Positions 23,260 through 30,374 of a stretch of 35,843 nt of DNA are shown here, one piece after another. The notes beneath the pieces are model-generated. The model searched no databases. It was not told where the DNA came from and was given only the letters and a program-made list of their open reading frames with translations. The translations under genes were made by a program, and so were the position numbers. This DNA comes from Clostridia bacterium (GTDB lineage Bacteria; Bacillota; Clostridia; UMGS1883; UMGS1540): the NCBI GenBank assembly GCA_045578225.1, contig JAZNJV010000030.1, positions 1-35,843 of the forward strand, read 5' to 3'. Numbering within the stretch: position 1 is the first letter of the stretch; each line of letters opens with the position of its first letter.

Positions 23260-23972
23260 AAGAGATACTTCCTTTCTCCGAAATTAGCAAAACTGTCTAA
23301 AAATTCTTTTTTATACATTCGACTTATGGGTAGCGGCTTATCGTATCCATGTAATATAAGTTCTGTATTTCCAACTTGATACACAAAATTCATATTAATT
23401 ACAAACGCACGATGGACACGGCAAAACCGGTTTTTATCTATACTCTCCAAAAGTGCATCCATGGTTTTGCGAATTTTGTGTGTGCCGCCATCCTTCTTAT
23501 GTATAAGCACCCAATGTCCCCGGCTTTCAAAGAAGAGAATATCGTCGCAAAAAAGCCTGATGCGCACCTTGTTTTCATGAAACAAAAAGGCGCCCGGCGC
23601 ATCCGAAAGCTTAATGCAAATTTCCTTGTATACCGTTTGAAGTGCCTCTTCCGTTACGGGTTTTACCAAAAAACGAAAGGGCTGACAGACAAAGCTTCGT
23701 TGCATATGCCTTGTATGATTCGTAACGAATATAATTAACACTTGGGTATCCGTTGCACGAATTTGATTTGCAACTTCTATACCATCCATCCCCTCCATCT
23801 CAATATCCAGAAAAACGGCATCAAAACCTCCATTCCCTCGTGCATATACCGAGAGAAGTGCTTCTCCACTTTGAAAGGTTTCTATTCTATCGTTTTCGCC
23901 TTGCTTTTTGTGTAATCCCCGTTCCAAAATCTCCAAACATTCCCTATTGTCATCACATATTGCAATTCTCAT
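23256..23972 (-). CDS. LytTR-family response regulator (AgrA-like)
   Basis: The start is moved to ATG 23972 (MRIAICDDN). The receiver domain has DAVFLDIEMEGMDG. The C-terminal LytTR domain has ILFFESRGHWVLIH...FCRVHRAFVINMNFV. Confidence 0.9.
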   Translation of the reverse strand: MRIAICDDNRECLEILERGLHKKQGENDRIETFQSGEALLSVYARGNGGFDAVFLDIEMEGMDGIEVANQIRATDTQVLIIFVTNHTRHMQRSFVCQPFRFLVKPVTEEALQTVYKEICIKLSDAPGAFLFHENKVRIRLFCDDILFFESRGHWVLIHKKDGGTHKIRKTMDALLESIDKNRFCRVHRAFVINMNFVYQVGNTELILHGYDKPLPISRMYKKEFLDSFANFGERKYLL

Positions 23973-24169
23973 GTTGTCACCTGCTTTCACCGGAAGTATT
24001 ACGCATGGCATGCACAAACTACACCCTGTTTTTAACTAAATGCTTGTAAATAAAAATCATCCTGCTATCTTGCCTTTATTGCCATTGCGGAACATCTGTT
24101 TCCTACAGTCTCCACCCATCGCGGATAAAGTCAGAGCACGCAACCTAGGGGCGCCTTTTTGATGAGGTC

Positions 24170-24198
24170 ATTATACCAAAAAATCCCGTAAAAAGCAA
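24170..24198 (-). promoter_or_regulatory. Candidate promoter of the regulator-kinase operon
   Basis: Minus-strand reading: -35 TTGCTT (24193..24198), 17-nt spacer, TG-extended -10 TGGTATAAT (hexamer 24170..24175). This implies a leader of about 190 nt before ATG 23972. Confidence 0.5.
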
Positions 24199-24199
24199 C

Positions 24200-24254
24200 A
24201 ATAAATCCCCCGTGAAATGAACTGCACCAGTTTGTACAGTTCATTTCACTGGGG
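24200..24254 (-). terminator. Rho-independent terminator of uxaC
   Basis: 13-bp perfect stem GTGAAATGAACTG/CAGTTCATTTCAC (24212..24249), extendable by CCCC/GGGG, with a 12-nt loop. The downstream tract on the minus strand is T-rich (ATTTATTGTTGCTTTTT). Confidence 0.75.
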
Positions 24255-24268
24255 ATATTTATTACTTC

Positions 24269-25663
24269 TTAGAAGTTAAAAAAGTTTTTGGCGTTGTGGT
24301 AACAAATACCCGTGATAATTTCGCCGAGTGCTTCATAATCTTCCGGATACTCGCCGTTTTCTACCCATTTACCGATGAGGTTACAGAGAATACGGCGGAA
24401 GTATTCATGGCGCGGGTAGGACATGAAGCTGCGCGAGTCCGTAAGCATACCTACGAAGCGGCCGAGAAGACCGAGGTTTGCAAGGGCGCGCATTTGCTGT
24501 TCCATACCGTCACGCTGGTCATTGAACCACCAGCCCGAGCCGAACTGGATTTTGCTCGGTGCCTCGGCGGACTGGAAGTTCCCGAGCATGGTGCCGAGCA
24601 CGTAATTATCCTTCGGGTTTAGTGTGTAGAGAATCGTTTTCGGGAGTTTTTCGTTCTCTTCACAGGCATTTAAAAGCGCGGCAAGCGGTGCGGCAATGCT
24701 CTTATCGTCGATAGAGTCAAACCCTGTATCGGGGCCGAGCTTTTTGTACATACGGCTGTTGTTGTTGCGAAGGGCGCCGATGTGCAGCTGCATCGTCCAG
24801 CCTCTCTTATGGTATTCGGCGGCGAAGAAGAGGAGCATGTATGTCTTGAAGGCATTGACTTCGTCCTCTGTCAGTTCTGCGCCCGAAAGAGCCTTCAGGA
24901 ATGCGGCATTTGCCTCTTCCTTATTCGTCTTCTTATACGGAACGCCGGCGAGGGCATGGTCCGAAAGGCGGCAGCCTACGCTATCGAAAAATTCGATTCT
25001 CTCACGAAGGGCATCAAGGAGTGCATCAATATCGGTAAATTCCTTACCCACAAGTGCGGAGAGGTCCTTCATATACGGCACAAAGGTTTCCTGTTCACAA
25101 TTTACCGCCTTGTCGGGACGGAAGGTGGGCAGAACCTTTACCTTGTTTTGCTTTTGGAGTTCGATGTGGTATTCGAGCGTATCAATCGGGTCATCCGTGG
25201 TGCAGATGATTTCTACATTCGAGCGCTCGATAAGGCGCTGTGCGGAAAAATCGGCAGAGGCAATCATCGCGTTCGCTCTGTCATAAATAGAGCGGGCCGA
25301 CTTTTCATTTAAAATTTCTGTGATGCCGAAAAAGCGCTGAAGCTCTAAATGCGTCCAGTGATATAAGGGGTTACCCACGGCATATTTCAGCGTTTTGGCA
25401 AAGGCTTCGAACTTTTCAAAGTCCGATTTGTCCCCCGTCATATAGTCTTCCGGAATGCCGTTTGAGCGCATGGCGCGCCACTTATAATGGTCACCGCCGA
25501 GCATAATCTCGGTAATCGAAGAAAAACGTCTGTCCTCACAGATTTCCTTCGGGTTTAAGTGACAGTGATAGTCAATAATCGGCATCTTGGCCGCGTAATC
25601 GTGATAGAGCTTTTTTGCGACCTCAGTTTCGAGCATAAAGTCTTTATCCATAAATGCTTTCAT
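24269..25663 (-). CDS. uxaC: Glucuronate isomerase
   Basis: 464 aa. MPIIDYHCHLNPKEI and the overall size and sequence are typical of UxaC. An AAAGGGGA SD is present. Confidence 0.9.
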   Translation of the reverse strand: MKAFMDKDFMLETEVAKKLYHDYAAKMPIIDYHCHLNPKEICEDRRFSSITEIMLGGDHYKWRAMRSNGIPEDYMTGDKSDFEKFEAFAKTLKYAVGNPLYHWTHLELQRFFGITEILNEKSARSIYDRANAMIASADFSAQRLIERSNVEIICTTDDPIDTLEYHIELQKQNKVKVLPTFRPDKAVNCEQETFVPYMKDLSALVGKEFTDIDALLDALRERIEFFDSVGCRLSDHALAGVPYKKTNKEEANAAFLKALSGAELTEDEVNAFKTYMLLFFAAEYHKRGWTMQLHIGALRNNNSRMYKKLGPDTGFDSIDDKSIAAPLAALLNACEENEKLPKTILYTLNPKDNYVLGTMLGNFQSAEAPSKIQFGSGWWFNDQRDGMEQQMRALANLGLLGRFVGMLTDSRSFMSYPRHEYFRRILCNLIGKWVENGEYPEDYEALGEIITGICYHNAKNFFNF

Positions 25664-25729
25664 AGTCGTATCCCCTTTCGTTTCTTTTCTTCATTATACT
25701 AAAGCCTGGGCGAAAAGTAAAGGAAATTT

Positions 25730-27106
25730 TTACTTTTCCATCTTCGGAAGTTTCGAAAGTGCCTTTTCGATTTCTTCGTCGGACGGAATGTAGTTTTCCA
25801 TCTGCCCATCGTTGAACTTGCCGTAGGCTACCATATCGAAGTAGCCTGTGCCCGTAAGGCCGAACACAATCGTCTTTTCTTCGCCCGTTTCGCGGCAACG
25901 GATGGCTTCGTCCATCGCCACGCGGATGGCGTGGCTGCTTTCAGGGGCAGGCAAAATGCCTTCCACTCTTGCAAATTCCTGTGCGGCTTCAAATACACTC
26001 GTCTGTGTAACAGAGGTGGCCTCAATAAGACCATCAGCATACAGCTGCGAAAGCGTGGAGTTCATGCCGTGGTAGCGAAGCCCGCCTGCGTGGTTTGCTG
26101 CCGGAATATACGAGGAGCCAAGTGTGTACATCTTCGAAAGCGGGCAAACCTTACCCGTATCGCAGTAGTCATATGCATATTTGCCGCGCGTAAGGCTCGG
26201 ACAGGAGGCAGGCTCTACGGCAATAATGCGGTAATCCGCCTCACCGCGAAGCTTTTCACCCACAAACGGCGCCACAAGGCCGCCGAGGTTTGAGCCGCCG
26301 CCGGCGCAGCCGATGATAATGTCGGGTTTAATATCATATTTATCAAGGGCAGCTTTAGTTTCAAGACCGATTACGGTCTGGTGCAAAAGCACTTGATTGA
26401 GTACACTACCGAGTACATAGCGGTACCCCGGAAGCTTTGACGCGACTTCTACCGCTTCGCTGATGGCGCAGCCAAGGCTTCCCGTAGTGCCGGGATGCTC
26501 TTCTAAAATGCGGCGCCCGACCTCGGTATCCATCGACGGGGAGGGCGTGACAGAGGCGCCGTATGTACGCATAACCTCACGGCGGAACGGCTTTTGTTCA
26601 TACGAAACCTTTACCATGTATACCTTGCAGTCAAGGCCGAAGTAGGCACTCGCCATCGAAAGCGCGGTGCCCCACTGGCCTGCGCCCGTTTCCGTGGTCA
26701 CGCCCGAAAGGCCCTGCTCTTTTGCATAATAGGCCTGCGCAATCGCGGAGTTGAGCTTATGGCTGCCGCTTGTGTTATTGCCTTCAAATTTATAATAGAT
26801 TTTCGCCGGTGTGCCGAGCTTTTTCTCAAGACAGTACGCACGCACCAAGGGGGACGGGCGATACATCTTATAAAAATCGCGGATTTCTTCGGGAATTTCG
26901 AAATACGGCGTGGTATCATCCAATTCCTGCCGTACGAGCTCCTCGCAGAACACTTCGGAAAGTGCTTCCGCGGTCATCGGCTCGTGCGTTACGGGGTCTA
27001 AAAGCGGCGCCGGCTTGTTTTTCATATCAGCACGAACATTATACCATGCGCGCGGCATTTCCTTTTCTTCGAGATAGATTTTGTAGGGAATTTTTTCGTT
27101 TGCCAT
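25730..27106 (-). CDS. trpB: TrpB2-class tryptophan synthase beta-like PLP enzyme
   Basis: The start is moved to ATG 27106 (MANEKIPYKIY) behind AAAGGAGAAGGG. The long N-terminal extension and the NNTSGSHKLNSA PLP-lysine motif are typical of TrpB2 rather than TrpB1. No other trp genes lie nearby. Confidence 0.85.
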   Translation of the reverse strand: MANEKIPYKIYLEEKEMPRAWYNVRADMKNKPAPLLDPVTHEPMTAEALSEVFCEELVRQELDDTTPYFEIPEEIRDFYKMYRPSPLVRAYCLEKKLGTPAKIYYKFEGNNTSGSHKLNSAIAQAYYAKEQGLSGVTTETGAGQWGTALSMASAYFGLDCKVYMVKVSYEQKPFRREVMRTYGASVTPSPSMDTEVGRRILEEHPGTTGSLGCAISEAVEVASKLPGYRYVLGSVLNQVLLHQTVIGLETKAALDKYDIKPDIIIGCAGGGSNLGGLVAPFVGEKLRGEADYRIIAVEPASCPSLTRGKYAYDYCDTGKVCPLSKMYTLGSSYIPAANHAGGLRYHGMNSTLSQLYADGLIEATSVTQTSVFEAAQEFARVEGILPAPESSHAIRVAMDEAIRCRETGEEKTIVFGLTGTGYFDMVAYGKFNDGQMENYIPSDEEIEKALSKLPKMEK

Positions 27107-27124
27107 GTTCCCTTCTCCTTTCAA

Positions 27125-27415
27125 AAAATACTACCCGGGGACAAAAACAAAAAACTCCTGTCCCCAAATGCCGGGACAGGAGATATTCCTGCGGTGCCAC
27201 CCTGCTTGACGCTTTCACGCCCACTTTACGCATACTGACATATGCAGACCTTTTTTAACGGAGGATCATACTCCGGCGCCCATACTCCGAAAAATCGTTT
27301 CTGTTTGCCCTCGGAAGTCCATTCGGTTTTATGTTTCCTGCCGCAATCCCACCGCCTGCGGCTCTCTCCTAGGAAAGGGATAAAACGTACTTACTCTCCC
27401 TCAACGGTTTCTTTT
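27125..27415 (-). promoter_or_regulatory. T-box leader (tRNA-Trp, specifier UGG) with intrinsic terminator
   Basis: Minus-strand features: stem I GA/AGAGA-GTA motifs (TTGAGGGAGAGTAAG, AGGAGAGAGCC); distal GGTGGGA; specifier context GAA-UGG-A (codon at 27319..27321); T-box sequence AGCAGGGTGGCACCGCAGG (27188..27206); terminator CTCCTGTCCC-ggcattt-GGGGACAGGAG plus T6 (27149..27182). Confidence 0.85.
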
Positions 27416-27444
27416 ATTATACGCTCCCCTTCGAAAAATGTCAA
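27416..27444 (-). promoter_or_regulatory. Consensus promoter of the T-box/trpB2 unit
   Basis: Minus-strand reading: -35 TTGACA (27439..27444), 17-nt spacer, -10 TATAAT (27416..27421). Confidence 0.75.
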
Positions 27445-27462
27445 GTTTTTTTGGAATTTTTT

Positions 27463-28764
27463 CTAGCCGATGGTCGGGCGCCCTTTTCGAATGGTGTACG
27501 CCGCGCCCAAAAACGCCCAGTTTTGACGGAAGGGGCGCATAATCGTCCAGTACCCGCTGCCGAGTAAATTAAATTCGTCGATAAGGTCATATTTTTGTGC
27601 GATGCTTCGTATGTCTTCAAACCAAACGATGTGGCGCGCGCCGCGCCCGTCTCGATACTCGAAGAAGGGAGAGGCTGCCGCCGCATCAAACTGAATTTCC
27701 GCGCCACGCTCACGGGCGAGGCGTACGGCAGCCTGATTTCCCAAGTTTTGCGCGCGGTCGCCCTTTTCATAGGGAAGCGTCCAGTCATACCCGTAGTTTG
27801 GAATGCCCATTAAGATTTTGCGCCGCGGAATTTCCGTGACGGCATATTCCACCACGCGGCGAACGCGGTCGAGGGGCGCTACAGGAAGCGGCGGCCCATA
27901 GGCGTACCCCCATTCGTACGTCATAAGAAGCACCGTATCCACAATGGCGCCAATGGCGCCGTAATTATGTGCCTCGTATAAAAGCCCCGGCTGTTCGGCG
28001 TACGTTTTCGGCGCAAGGTCCACATGCGTGGGGTACCCTGCGGCGTGGAGCTTTTCGGTTGCATTTTCTAAAAACTCCAAAAACCCTTCGGCATCCTCGG
28101 GTTCGATGTACTCAAAGTCGATATCAAGACCCTGATACCCTTTTCGCTGCATCGTTTCGATAATTGCCTCGATTACGCGGTTTTGAAGCGCGCGCGAGCG
28201 AAAAAGAACAGAGGCGCGCTCGCCGCTGAAATTTCCGTCCTCGGTAATCGAAGAAAGCAGCATATACGGCGCTACATTTTCCGCGCGTGCGGCTTCAAGT
28301 AAGGGCGTATCGTTTATCGTGATGAGATTGCCGCCTTCGGTAAAGCCGTACCCGAAAACAGTAAGACGCGATAGATACGGAAGGGTTGTCGAGAGCGTCG
28401 TACGGTTAATATTCGGGTACGCATAGCCATTTGAAACTACGGTGCGGCGTTTTTCCTCGCGGAAGGAAACGGCAATTTGCTGTCCCGGCACGATGCGGGG
28501 GTTTAAGATGAGCTCAGGGTTATTCCGCCTTAGTTCATCGACGCTTGTGCCATACTCTGCGGCGATAGAAAAGAGCGAATCGCCCACTCGCACCGTATGT
28601 ATCACCTCGGGAAACAAGATGAGAAGCGCCTGCCCCACCACGAGCGTGTCGCTCGCCAAAAGGCCGTTGTCGGATAAAATACGCTGATAGGAAACGCCGT
28701 ACCTTCGGGCGATTGAGCGCACCGTATCGCCCCGTCTCACTACATAGATTTCCAAAAACTTCAC
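27463..28764 (-). CDS. LysM x2 + GH18 glycoside hydrolase (YaaH/SleL-like spore cortex-lytic-type enzyme)
   Basis: 433 aa with a GTG start. It has two LysM modules (YVVRRGDTVRSIARRY..., HTVRVGDSLFSIAAEY...) and the GH18 catalytic motif GLDIDFEY. Confidence 0.85.
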   Translation of the reverse strand: MKFLEIYVVRRGDTVRSIARRYGVSYQRILSDNGLLASDTLVVGQALLILFPEVIHTVRVGDSLFSIAAEYGTSVDELRRNNPELILNPRIVPGQQIAVSFREEKRRTVVSNGYAYPNINRTTLSTTLPYLSRLTVFGYGFTEGGNLITINDTPLLEAARAENVAPYMLLSSITEDGNFSGERASVLFRSRALQNRVIEAIIETMQRKGYQGLDIDFEYIEPEDAEGFLEFLENATEKLHAAGYPTHVDLAPKTYAEQPGLLYEAHNYGAIGAIVDTVLLMTYEWGYAYGPPLPVAPLDRVRRVVEYAVTEIPRRKILMGIPNYGYDWTLPYEKGDRAQNLGNQAAVRLARERGAEIQFDAAAASPFFEYRDGRGARHIVWFEDIRSIAQKYDLIDEFNLLGSGYWTIMRPFRQNWAFLGAAYTIRKGRPTIG

Positions 28765-28810
28765 CTCGCCTTTTTTCTTTCATACTATGCAAAGGGCGAG
28801 GAAAGCGTGA

Positions 28811-28848
28811 AAATAAAAGAGGCCCCACGGGGGAGCCTCTTTTGGTTT
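28811..28848 (-). terminator. Rho-independent terminator of glnA
   Basis: AAGAGGC-CCC-acg-GGG-ga-GCCTCTT hairpin (28817..28841). On the minus strand it is followed by TTTTATTTT. Confidence 0.7.
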
Positions 28849-28852
28849 TGCC

Positions 28853-30277
28853 TTACAGATTATAATATTTATCAAATTCTGCGGGGTGTGGTATAGCTGC
28901 CATCTCGCGGCACTCCGCGCGCTTTGCGGCGATGAATTTCGTAAGCATTTCCTTCGGGAATACGCCGCCGGCGGTGAGGTAGTCGTGATCTTTTTCGTGC
29001 GCATCGAGCGCTTCGGGAAGAGATGTGGGGAGCTGGCGAAGCTTCGCCTTTTCTTCCTCGGGGAGATTGTAAAGATTTACATCGTACGGGCCCCAGCCGT
29101 ATTCGTGGGGGTCGATTTTGTTTACTACGCCGTCGATACCCGCCATCAAAATGGCCGCAAAGCAGAAGTACGGGTTTGCCGTGGCATCGGGATTTCGAAG
29201 CTCAAAGCGGCGCAGATTTTCCGTTTTTGCATATGCCGGAATACGGATAACGGCGCTACGATTTGAGGTGGCGTATCCCACGGTGACGGGTGCTTCAAAG
29301 CCGGGCACAAGGCGCTTGAAGGAGTTGGTGCTCGGGTTTGTGAGGGCGCAGAGAGAGTCGATGTGCTTTAAAAGGCCACCCATGAAGTAATGCGCCGTTT
29401 TGGAAAGATGCGCGTAGCCGTTATCGTCAGAAAACACAGGCACACCGTCCTTCATAAGAAGCATATGGACGTGCATGCCGCTTCCGGCTTCGCCCATAAC
29501 AGGCTTCGGCATAAACGTAGCGGAAAGGCCGTACTTTCTCGCTGTATTATGAATGATATATTTTATAAGCATGGCGTTATCTGCCATACGCGACATTTCG
29601 CCGAGATGCGGCTCAATTTCAAACTGCCCGGCCGCGCCCACTTCGGGATGGTGGTAGTTAAGACGTATGCCTGCTTCTTCCATATGCATGCACATTTCGC
29701 TTCTCGCTTCATAAGAAACATCAAAAGGCTTTGCAATATGGTAGTTTTTCTGCTTCGGGACGATGCAGCCGCTGCCCTCTTCGCCCGTGTTCCAGTGCGC
29801 TTGCACGGCATCGAGCGAGACGCCGATATTGTGGGGTGCGACGTTCCAGCCGATCTCGTCAAAAAGATAAAATTCAAATTCAGGAAGCACGAGCATCGTG
29901 TCAGCAATGCCCTTGTCGCGCATATATTTTTCCGCCGCAAGTACAATATTTCTCGGGTACTGCGGAAGGGGACGGTTTTCAGGGGTATCAATAATCATGG
30001 CGTTGCCCGTCATCGAAAGGGTGGGGATGGCGCAAAACGGGTCTACCATTGCGGTATCGGGGTCGGGGATAAAGACCATATCGCTCTTTTCAACCACGGC
30101 GTAGCCGTAGTTCGAAGCATCAAAGCCGATGCCGTTTGTAAGCACCTCTTCTGAAAAATTTCCTGCAGGAATGGTAACGTGCCGAAATTGCCCGTTTACA
30201 TCCACCATTTTGAAATCGACCATTTTAATGTCTTTTTCGCGAATGAGATTTAAAATATCCTGTACCGTTTTTCCCAT
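28853..30277 (-). CDS. glnA: Type I glutamine synthetase
   Basis: 474 aa with GS beta-grasp and catalytic regions (DPFCAIPTLSM, GSGMHVHM, NPSTNSFKRLVPGFEAP, RIPA...RFELRNPDA). Confidence 0.9.
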   Translation of the reverse strand: MGKTVQDILNLIREKDIKMVDFKMVDVNGQFRHVTIPAGNFSEEVLTNGIGFDASNYGYAVVEKSDMVFIPDPDTAMVDPFCAIPTLSMTGNAMIIDTPENRPLPQYPRNIVLAAEKYMRDKGIADTMLVLPEFEFYLFDEIGWNVAPHNIGVSLDAVQAHWNTGEEGSGCIVPKQKNYHIAKPFDVSYEARSEMCMHMEEAGIRLNYHHPEVGAAGQFEIEPHLGEMSRMADNAMLIKYIIHNTARKYGLSATFMPKPVMGEAGSGMHVHMLLMKDGVPVFSDDNGYAHLSKTAHYFMGGLLKHIDSLCALTNPSTNSFKRLVPGFEAPVTVGYATSNRSAVIRIPAYAKTENLRRFELRNPDATANPYFCFAAILMAGIDGVVNKIDPHEYGWGPYDVNLYNLPEEEKAKLRQLPTSLPEALDAHEKDHDYLTAGGVFPKEMLTKFIAAKRAECREMAAIPHPAEFDKYYNL

Positions 30278-30309
30278 TTTGGCACCTCTTTCCTAAAGTT
30301 TATACTTTC

Positions 30310-30338
30310 AGTATACGGAATTTCCGCGGGTTTGTCAA
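30310..30338 (-). promoter_or_regulatory. Candidate promoter of glnA
   Basis: Minus-strand reading: -35 TTGACA (30333..30338), 17-nt spacer, -10 TATACT (30310..30315). Confidence 0.65.
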
Positions 30339-30340
30339 GA

Positions 30341-30372
30341 AAAAGCGAAAAGGACGCAAAATGCGTCCTTTG
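30341..30372 (-). terminator. Rho-independent terminator of the beta-propeller GH-like gene
   Basis: AAGGACGCA/TGCGTCCTT stem (30350..30370). On the minus strand it is followed by TTCGCTTTTTC. It starts 3 nt after the stop codon. Confidence 0.75.
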
Positions 30373-30374
30373 TT

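Noticed and set aside
20207-24025. An 11/14-nt inverted match at the two ends of the AT-rich cassette (GTTGTAGATTGTGT at 20207..20220 versus the reverse complement of 24012..24025, GGTGTAGTTTGTGC), considered as terminal inverted repeats of a mobile element.
   Set aside because: The match is short and imperfect, so it may be chance. There is no transposase or target-site duplication. The right copy coincides with the LytTR-like repeat in the regulator leader, which explains it better.
24040-24162. A 40-codon plus-strand ORF (MLVNKNHPAILPLLPLRNICFLQSPPIADKVRARNLGAPF) upstream of the LytTR regulator, considered as an AgrD candidate because of the C-x4 then Pro-rich pattern (CFLQS-PPIADK).
   Set aside because: It has no SD (accctgtttttaactaaATG). 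It is oriented opposite to all agr genes. It lies inside the predicted leader of the regulator transcript. It has no amphipathic N-terminal helix and no acidic E-P-x-x-P tail. It deserves a profile search, but I do not call it.
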